Shown here piece by piece: positions 27,064 through 32,000 of a stretch of 32,000 bases of DNA. Each line of letters opens with the position of its first letter. Position 1 is the stretch's first letter. The stretch covers positions 1,054,140-1,086,139 of the forward strand of contig CBDDDE010000010.1 of the NCBI GenBank assembly GCA_965226535.1. The letters are read 5' to 3'. Under the pieces are notes generated by a model. The model had not been told where the DNA came from. It made no database searches and worked only from the letters and a program-made list of their open reading frames with translations. Position numbers and translations under genes: made by a program. Source of the stretch: Dehalococcoidia bacterium (lineage in GTDB: Bacteria; Chloroflexota; Dehalococcoidia; Lucifugimonadales; GCA-2712585).

Positions 27064-27650
27064 GCCCCGATGAAACGGTATCCTAACCTCCTTACTTTCG
27101 GCTCCTTCAAAACCTCTCCACTCACTCTTAAGAAGTCCATATAGCAGCGTATCCCACCGGCGTCCCTTGAAATACTCGTTCTCTCTCAGCCGGCCCTCAA
27201 GCCGGAGCCCCGCTTTCTCCAGCACCCGGGCCGACGCCTGGTTCTCCGCTATGCACCTTGACGACATTCGGTGCAGTTTCAACTTTCGAAAGCCGAACTC
27301 AACCATCGCAAGGGCCGCCTCCGTGGCATAACCTCCCCCCCCCCCAACTCCGGCGCCAACTCGTAGCCGATATCCCCTTCCCAATCGTTATCCGGTTTAC
27401 GACGTATTCCACAGTTTCCAATTATCCCCTTAGTTACCTTCAAGGCGATAGTCAACTGGAACCTGTGCCTAGGCTCCTCCCTTTGCTGGTCTAGGAACGT
27501 TTGCACCAGACTTCGAACGTCGGCCTCGCTGCGATAGGTCCAGGGATAGAGCCGCAGATATAGAGGGTCCCTCTGGTAGGTCAGCACCGCAGCCCAGTCA
27601 CCGTCCATAAACTCCCGTAGAACTAGCCTGTCAGTCACAATACGCACCAT
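27037..27650 (-). pseudogene. GNAT family N-acetyltransferase (RimJ/RimL-like) split by a frameshift inside a G11 tract
   Basis: The N-terminal part is MVRIVTDRLVLREF...IGNCGIRRKPDNDWEGDIGYELAPEL. It continues in another frame as G(n)YATEAALAMVEFGFRKLKLHRMSSRCIAENQASARVLEKAGLRLEG. The 614-nt span is not a multiple of 3. Confidence 0.8.
27335..27345. repeat. Homopolymer C11 (G11 on the coding strand) at the GNAT frame break
   Basis: Counted directly: acct + 11 C + aactc. By my reading 9 or 12 G would restore the frame. Confidence 0.9.
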
Positions 27651-27663
27651 AACAACCCGCCTG

Positions 27664-28206
27664 CTACCCAAATACTGGCCAGTATCTGAACCATACCTTG
27701 CCTATAATCCAGACTTTGCGGATTGGGCCCAGCTTTCGGCTGTCCAGACTATCGCTTCGGTTGTCTCCCAGCACAAAGAACTCGTCCCGGTCCAAATGCC
27801 ATTCCAAGTCCCATAAATGGTTGTCTTCCTGCTGGGTTGGTGAATCGGGCTTGTCAAGAGGCTGACCGTCGATGAAGACCCGGCCCGTGGCCAGTCCAAC
27901 CTTCTCTCCCGGCAGTCCCACCACACGCTTCAGCATGGCCTCACCGTCCAGACTGGGGTGCGTGAAGACAATGACCTGCCCTCGTTGGGGCGGTCTTCTC
28001 CGGAAAGCGGAGCGGTCAATGACGAAGTGGTGTCCGTTGGCGTAGTTGGGCTCCATACTGGACCCTTGTACCCTGTATAGGCTGGCGGCATAGAGACCTG
28101 CCAAAGTGCGGAATCCAGGAACACCGGACAGGAACGAGAACAATTTTACATGAACCTCCACTCCATGGTCTCCGTCCTTGGCGCCGTCGCGCCGCCCCAC
28201 CACCAA
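27664..28206 (-). CDS. sodX: S26-family signal-peptidase-like protease; probable NiSOD maturation protease SodX
   Basis: GSSMEPN, LKRVVGLPGEKV and GDNRSDSLDSR motifs. No clear N-terminal TM helix. Divergently adjacent to sodN. Start uncertain. Confidence 0.75.
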   Translation of the reverse strand: MVVGRRDGAKDGDHGVEVHVKLFSFLSGVPGFRTLAGLYAASLYRVQGSSMEPNYANGHHFVIDRSAFRRRPPQRGQVIVFTHPSLDGEAMLKRVVGLPGEKVGLATGRVFIDGQPLDKPDSPTQQEDNHLWDLEWHLDRDEFFVLGDNRSDSLDSRKLGPIRKVWIIGKVWFRYWPVFG

Positions 28207-28287
28207 GGCTTAAACTCCAATCCAACGGCCTGCCAAAAAGCACATGCACACGCGCCGCGTCAAGCAATCGCCGGGTGGTCCCTCCCG

Positions 28288-28319
28288 TTGGCAGCTTGGC
28301 CATTTTGCAGTATACTGCA
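28288..28319 (+). promoter_or_regulatory. Sigma70-type sodN promoter (TTGGCA, 17-nt spacer, TATACT) overlapped by a 14-bp perfect palindrome
   Basis: TTGGCA at 28288..28293 and TATACT at 28311..28316. The palindrome TGCAGTATACTGCA is at 28306..28319. Confidence 0.5.
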
Positions 28320-28353
28320 GCCATCCAAATTCGTCTTAAGGAGAGGAAAAGAC

Positions 28354-28854
28354 ATGTCCCTTTTGCACATTAAATCTAGCTTGACTCCCAAGGTGGCCCA
28401 CGCCCATTGTGACGTCCCTTGCGGAATATATGACCCGCACTTGGCTCAGATTGCAGCCCATACCGTGGTGAGGATGTCCACCCTTATCAACGAGTTGGAA
28501 AAGCCCGGTCCCGACGCTACCAAGGACGAATCTGCCATTTATTCCCACAAAATAGCTCGCATGACCGCGGTCAAGGAGCACCACGCCGAGTTGACAAAGC
28601 AGGAGCTCCGCATTCTCTGGGGCGACTATTTCAAGCCCGAGCACCTGGAGCAGTTCCCCAATCTTCACGACACCTTCTGGAACGCCATGAAAGCGGCCTC
28701 GGAGGCCAGAGTCCATCGTAACGTGGCCGCTGCCAACGGGCTGTTGACGGCCACCCTTGATATTGCCGAAATGTTCTGGCAGAGCAAGGGAGCTTCCCCT
28801 GTCCGCAAGCCGTCGCGGCAGACCACCGGCGGGGAGCTGGTGTACCCCTCCTAG
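28354..28854 (+). CDS. sodN: Nickel-containing superoxide dismutase precursor (NiSOD)
   Basis: A 17-aa propeptide is followed by the Ni-hook HCDVPCGIYDP, then LWGDYFKPEH. SD AAGGAGAGG lies upstream. The track ORF start at 28150 is rejected. Confidence 0.92.
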   Translation: MSLLHIKSSLTPKVAHAHCDVPCGIYDPHLAQIAAHTVVRMSTLINELEKPGPDATKDESAIYSHKIARMTAVKEHHAELTKQELRILWGDYFKPEHLEQFPNLHDTFWNAMKAASEARVHRNVAAANGLLTATLDIAEMFWQSKGASPVRKPSRQTTGGELVYPS

Positions 28855-28979
28855 CCGCTTTACCGACATGCTACTTTCCCCCTAGGCTTTCGCTTTGAGG
28901 TTGGTCGGATAGCCCAAGAACTCCCTCCGAGTTCCTCCCGATTGAGTCGGGTATCCCTATGCCACGTCACGCGGCGTAC
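28852..28979 (-). mobile_element. Truncated 5' end (about 128 nt of domain I) of a second group II intron copy
   Basis: Homologous to 30501..30626. It begins GUACGCCGCGUGACGUGG (GUGCG in the full copy) and abuts the sodN stop codon. Confidence 0.7.
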
Positions 28980-29040
28980 AGGGGTGTGCCGCCGGTGAGT
29001 TATTTCTGTTGCCTAAAGCACTTTTTCGTCGGCCCTCTCG

Positions 29041-29074
29041 GAACCGTACGTGGGCCTTTCAGCGCATCCGGCCC
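29041..29074 (-). other. Group II intron domain-V-like hairpin
   Basis: GGGCCGGAUGCGCU-GAAA-GGCCCACGUACGGUUC. The 3' strand matches the ACGUACGGUUC consensus. The 5' strand has GGC where AGC is usual, and my hand fold has two mismatched pairs. Confidence 0.6.
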
Positions 29075-29103
29075 TCTAGTGGTTGTTTCTGCTCTTGCCG
29101 ATT

Positions 29104-29172
29104 ATGACGCCCGGCGTGGATGTCCACATGGCACACCATAAGGATCTTGCGCCGCCGCGCGGCCATGACCTG
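29104..29172 (-). pseudogene. Surviving C-terminal (HNH-type) tail of the intron-encoded protein
   Basis: My translation gives QVMAARRRKILMVCHVDIHAGRH. The CH..IH.G ending is typical of En-domain-containing intron proteins. Confidence 0.5.
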
Positions 29173-29175
29173 TAT

Positions 29176-29753
29176 CTACGGACGTTTTTCAACTTGGACC
29201 TTCACGTTGAAGTCGTGGAGCTTCTCTCTGAGCACCGATAGCATGACCCCGTGGTCGATGTTGTCGAAGCACCCCTTGATGTCTCCCTCGACGAACCAGC
29301 GGACACCAGTCCAATGTGGTTGACCACCTCGCTTAGCGCGGTGTGGCACCCCCGGCTGGGCCGGAAGCCGTGGGAACGGGCGGAGAACTGTGGCTCGTAG
29401 TAGGCTTCCAGAATCATCCGGATGACCTCTTGCAACAGCTTGTCCGTCCACGTCGGTATGCCCAGGGGACGGGTCTTGCCGTTAGGCTTGGGAATGTTGA
29501 CCCGTCGCACCGGCGTCCACCGGAACCGCTCGTGACGAAGCTCGTTGATGATGCGGTCGATTTTCACCAGGGACATTCCGTCCACGGTCTCTGCGGTGGT
29601 TCCATTGGTCATCGCTCCATGGTTTGAGCAGAGACGACCGTAGGCCCTCAGGTAGAGTTCCCGGTTGTACAGTTGCCGATAGATGTCCTCCAGCGGCAAT
29701 CCTCGTTCTCCGCGTTCGCGGATGACGTTCAGTACAGTTTCGGCAGTTCTCAT
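29176..29753 (-). pseudogene. Group II intron reverse transcriptase/maturase remnant (RT motifs 0-3 only, frameshifted)
   Basis: MRTAETVLNVIRERG...KPNGKTRPLGIPTWTDKLLQEVI...HGFRPSRGCHTALSEV. After a frame change near 29312..29320 it reads WFVEGDIKGCFDNIDHGVMLSVLREKLHD, followed by unrelated residues and a stop. Confidence 0.8.
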
Positions 29754-30500
29754 CACGAGTACCTCTCTGGTTTGATTCGTCGTAACCACCTGCCCTCCTT
29801 CGCCATGTGCCGGGCTTTCCCCGGCTCGGACTACTACGAGGGCTCCGTTGCCATAGGGGTCTCCCCCCGTAGGCAATCCCGCGTTTCGTTTTGACTTTGG
29901 GGGTAGGGCTCTGCTAGTTTCCATAGACAGTCCATGGGGAGGTAATGTCAGGAATGGAATTCTTCGCTCTCTAATGACCTGTTATGGCTTCTGCTCCTAC
30001 CGTTCATCGTTGTTGGCCTGAATGGCCTCCATCTGGGGCGTTTGTGTACTATGCGAGGCGGCGGGCCGAGAACAAGGTCAGGAAGTCCGACCCCATCCTC
30101 CGGGCTGACATCGTGTTACTGGCGAGAACGAACTCCCGGTTGTTGGACGACGCCATAGCCCTGCGTTGCGCCCAGATGGAACAGGGGCACAACCCTGATG
30201 ACTGAGCCTTTGTCCAGATGAGATCGAACCTTTTCCCCTTCTGTCTTCGACATAGGACGTTCTAGCGCGACTTAGGTGCCTCGTTCATCCCGTGAAATAG
30301 CCACGTGGTCATACGTGGTCATCTTCCACTCGTCGAGGTGCACAGGCCCAGCCCGCATGTCAGTGCAATGGGTGACGCCGGGTTACAAGCGTTCTACCGG
30401 CGGGTGCGACTACCAACACGTGGGGACTGAGGTTCAAGCAATCAAGCCTTCACTATATCGCGCGGGCCTTGCGGGACCGGCCCTACAACGCTTTCGGCCG

Positions 30501-30640
30501 TAGCCGCTTTACCGACATGCTACTTTCCCCCTAGGATTTCGCTTTGAGGTGGGTTGGTTGGCCCAGGAACTCCCTCCGAGTTCCTCCTAGTTGAGCTAGG
30601 TATCTACGCCACGTCACGCGGCGCACAGGGGGGGTGTGCG
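30501..30640 (-). repeat. Copy 2 of the ~135-nt direct repeat: the intron 5' end plus about 14 nt of 5' flank (partner 28852..28990)
   Basis: Hand alignment finds about 14 substitutions and two small indels. The first 35 nt are identical. Confidence 0.85.
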
Positions 30641-30728
30641 GAGGGCCACAATGCTCGACTCAAGCTCTGTGGATTCCCGCCTTGATGGCATTGGCGAAGG
30701 GGGGAGGCTGGTGCTCGAAGGTTCCTTG

Positions 30729-31712
30729 CTAGGCACTGTCCATGAGCCAGCGGGCAGCGTCTTTGGCGTGATAAGTCACAATAATGTCCGCCCCGGCTCT
30801 CCTGATGCCGGTTAGGATCTCCAAAGTTACCTGCTCCTCATTTATCCATTCGTTGGCGGCGGCGGCCTTCACAAGAGAGTATTCGCCGCTGACGTTGTAA
30901 GCGGCTATGGGATGGTCAAATCTGTCCCTAGCCCTAGCGATAACGTCCAAGTATGGGAGGGCCGGCTTGATCATGACGATATCGGCCCCCTCCTCAATGT
31001 CCGCTTGAATCTCCCTCAAAGCCATGCGTCCGTTGGCGGGGTCCGTCTGGTAGTTGCGCCGATCGCCGTACTGGGGTGCCGAGTCGGCGGCCACTCGAAA
31101 GGGTCCGTAGAAGGCTGAAGCGTGCTTGGCGGCATAGGCCATGATGGGTATGTGGCTGAAACCATGATGGTCTAGGCCCGTCCGCAGAGCCCTTACCTGG
31201 CCGTCCATCATTCCCGAAGGCGCAACCACGTCGGCACCGGCCTCGGCGTGAGACAAAGCCACCTGAGCATAAAGCTCCAGGGTCGCGTCGTTGTTGATTC
31301 GACTGCCTTCCACAACGCCGCAGTGGCCATGGCTGGTATATTGGCATAGGCAAACGTCGGTAATCACTAGGAGGTGAGGGATGGTCTGCTTGATTACCCG
31401 TATGGCTTCCTGGATGATGCCGTGCTCGTCGTAGGCCTCGGACCCCGTGGCGTCCTTGCGTGCCGGCAGTCCAAAGAGGAGGACGCCGGGAATGCCTAGG
31501 CCGGCAACCTCAGAAACCTCCTCCAGAAGATTGTCCAGGGATAGATGATAGGAACCGGGCATTGAGTCCACCGGTTCGCGAAGATCCCGGCCGTGGGTGA
31601 CAAAAATGGGGTAGACCAGGTCCGTGGCCGCTAGTTTAGTCTCTCTAACAAGGGCCCTGATCGATTCCCCCCCTCGAAGTCTGCGCAGCCGTGCCGCTGG
31701 GAATGACGCCAT
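30729..31712 (-). CDS. hemB: Porphobilinogen synthase (delta-aminolevulinate dehydratase), Zn-type
   Basis: Cys-rich metal site DVCLCQYTSHGHCG. Also MIKPALPYLD and YNVSGEY. 327 aa. Confidence 0.96.
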   Translation of the reverse strand: MASFPAARLRRLRGGESIRALVRETKLAATDLVYPIFVTHGRDLREPVDSMPGSYHLSLDNLLEEVSEVAGLGIPGVLLFGLPARKDATGSEAYDEHGIIQEAIRVIKQTIPHLLVITDVCLCQYTSHGHCGVVEGSRINNDATLELYAQVALSHAEAGADVVAPSGMMDGQVRALRTGLDHHGFSHIPIMAYAAKHASAFYGPFRVAADSAPQYGDRRNYQTDPANGRMALREIQADIEEGADIVMIKPALPYLDVIARARDRFDHPIAAYNVSGEYSLVKAAAANEWINEEQVTLEILTGIRRAGADIIVTYHAKDAARWLMDSA

Positions 31713-31719
31713 CTTTGAC

Positions 31720-32000
31720 CTATGCCTCCGGATCTAACTTCAGATGATCTTTCAACGCCTGTACCAGCCCCTTCACAGTATGTCGGGCGGCTACAACTTC
31801 AACCTTTAAGCCCAGGTCCCGGGCCTTTTGGGCCGTCACCGGGCCAATACAGGCTATCAAAGGGCCTTCCAGCAGGCTCTTGTCCCCGTCCAAAAGCTTT
31901 ACTAGGTTCTCCACGGTTGACGAGCTGGTAAAGGTTGCAATGTCTATTTTACCATGGCTCAGGGCGTGCCGGGCCTTTTCGCGAGACCCCTCAGGCACTA
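31720..32000 (-). CDS. hemD: Uroporphyrinogen-III synthase, C-terminal part; gene continues past the right edge
   Basis: IDIATFTSSSTVENLVKLL...IACIGPVTAQKARDLGLKVEVVA. Ends 7 nt upstream of the hemB start. Confidence 0.8.
   Translation of the reverse strand, partial: VPEGSREKARHALSHGKIDIATFTSSSTVENLVKLLDGDKSLLEGPLIACIGPVTAQKARDLGLKVEVVAARHTVKGLVQALKDHLKLDPEA

Larger units (their letters stand above)
28986..30626 (-). mobile_element. Group II intron with a decayed reverse transcriptase ORF; 3' boundary approximate
   Basis: 5' GUGCGCC at 30626. Domain I/III-like sequence, RT ORF remnant, and a GAAA-capped domain-V-like hairpin. About 1.6 kb. Confidence 0.8.

Noticed and set aside
26806-27650. 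GNAT plus small ORF as a GNAT-toxin/antitoxin pair (TacT/AtaT type)
   Set aside because: The small ORF is convergent rather than upstream in an operon. The GNAT sequence is Rim-like (about 200 aa, DRLVLREF N-terminus) rather than the tRNA-acetylating toxin type.
28150-28353. Long N-terminal extensions suggested by the ORF track (sodN from 28150, leuS from 19934, LLM1 from 19648, amidohydrolase from 6719, sdhA from 11392)
   Set aside because: The extensions run through predicted promoters or divergent intergenic DNA, lack family similarity, and are bypassed by internal starts with good SDs or operon overlaps.
29984-30503. Plus-strand ORFs inside the intron (28959..29141, 29343..29627, 29673..29894, 29984..30205, 30276..30503)
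   Set aside because: They are antisense to structured intron RNA or the RT remnant, and have no SD and no recognisable motifs.
28852-30640. The direct repeats as a CRISPR array, or as IS/transposon terminal repeats with target duplication
   Set aside because: There are only two copies, 1.5 kb apart, about 135 nt long and diverged. Their sequence is the intron 5' end (GUGCG.. domain I), and no transposase is present.

Overview
Moderately GC-rich bacterial chromosomal segment, densely packed and mostly housekeeping. I see no rRNA, tRNA or CRISPR array. Left to right: an SbcC/Rad50-like ATPase (frame-broken, runs off the left edge), ffh, a tight minus-strand operon (Amidohydrolase_2 - mug - thpR - alkA), a split transketolase, ybaB-dnaX, ybeY, a non-classical type-E-like succinate dehydrogenase/fumarate reductase (SdhA, SdhB, HdrB-like CCG subunit), an EVE-domain protein, an MFS transporter, leuS, three luciferase-like (LLM/F420-type) oxidoreductases with an alpha/beta hydrolase, uvrA, a small hypothetical ORF, a frame-broken Rim-type GNAT, the nickel superoxide dismutase pair sodX/sodN, a decayed group II intron plus a second truncated intron 5' end, then hemB and the 3' end of hemD. 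Split transketolase, LLM paralogues, NiSOD and type-E SDH are compatible with a Chloroflexota-like (possibly SAR202-like) genome, but that is inference only. I found no convincing novel multi-gene system. Most worth a second look: (1) the intron relic and its diverged 5' duplicate, whose differences include compensatory base-pair changes; (2) the Amidohydrolase_2/Mug/2H-phosphoesterase/AlkA operon; (3) the G11 tract breaking a Rim-like GNAT just downstream of sodX; (4) apparent 1-nt frame disruptions in sbcC and sdhB; (5) several operons whose -10 boxes lie within about 6-13 nt of a start codon with no Shine-Dalgarno (leaderless-type); (6) perfect palindromes overlapping the predicted sodN and MFS promoters. 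All motif calls, alignments and folds were done by eye and need computational confirmation.
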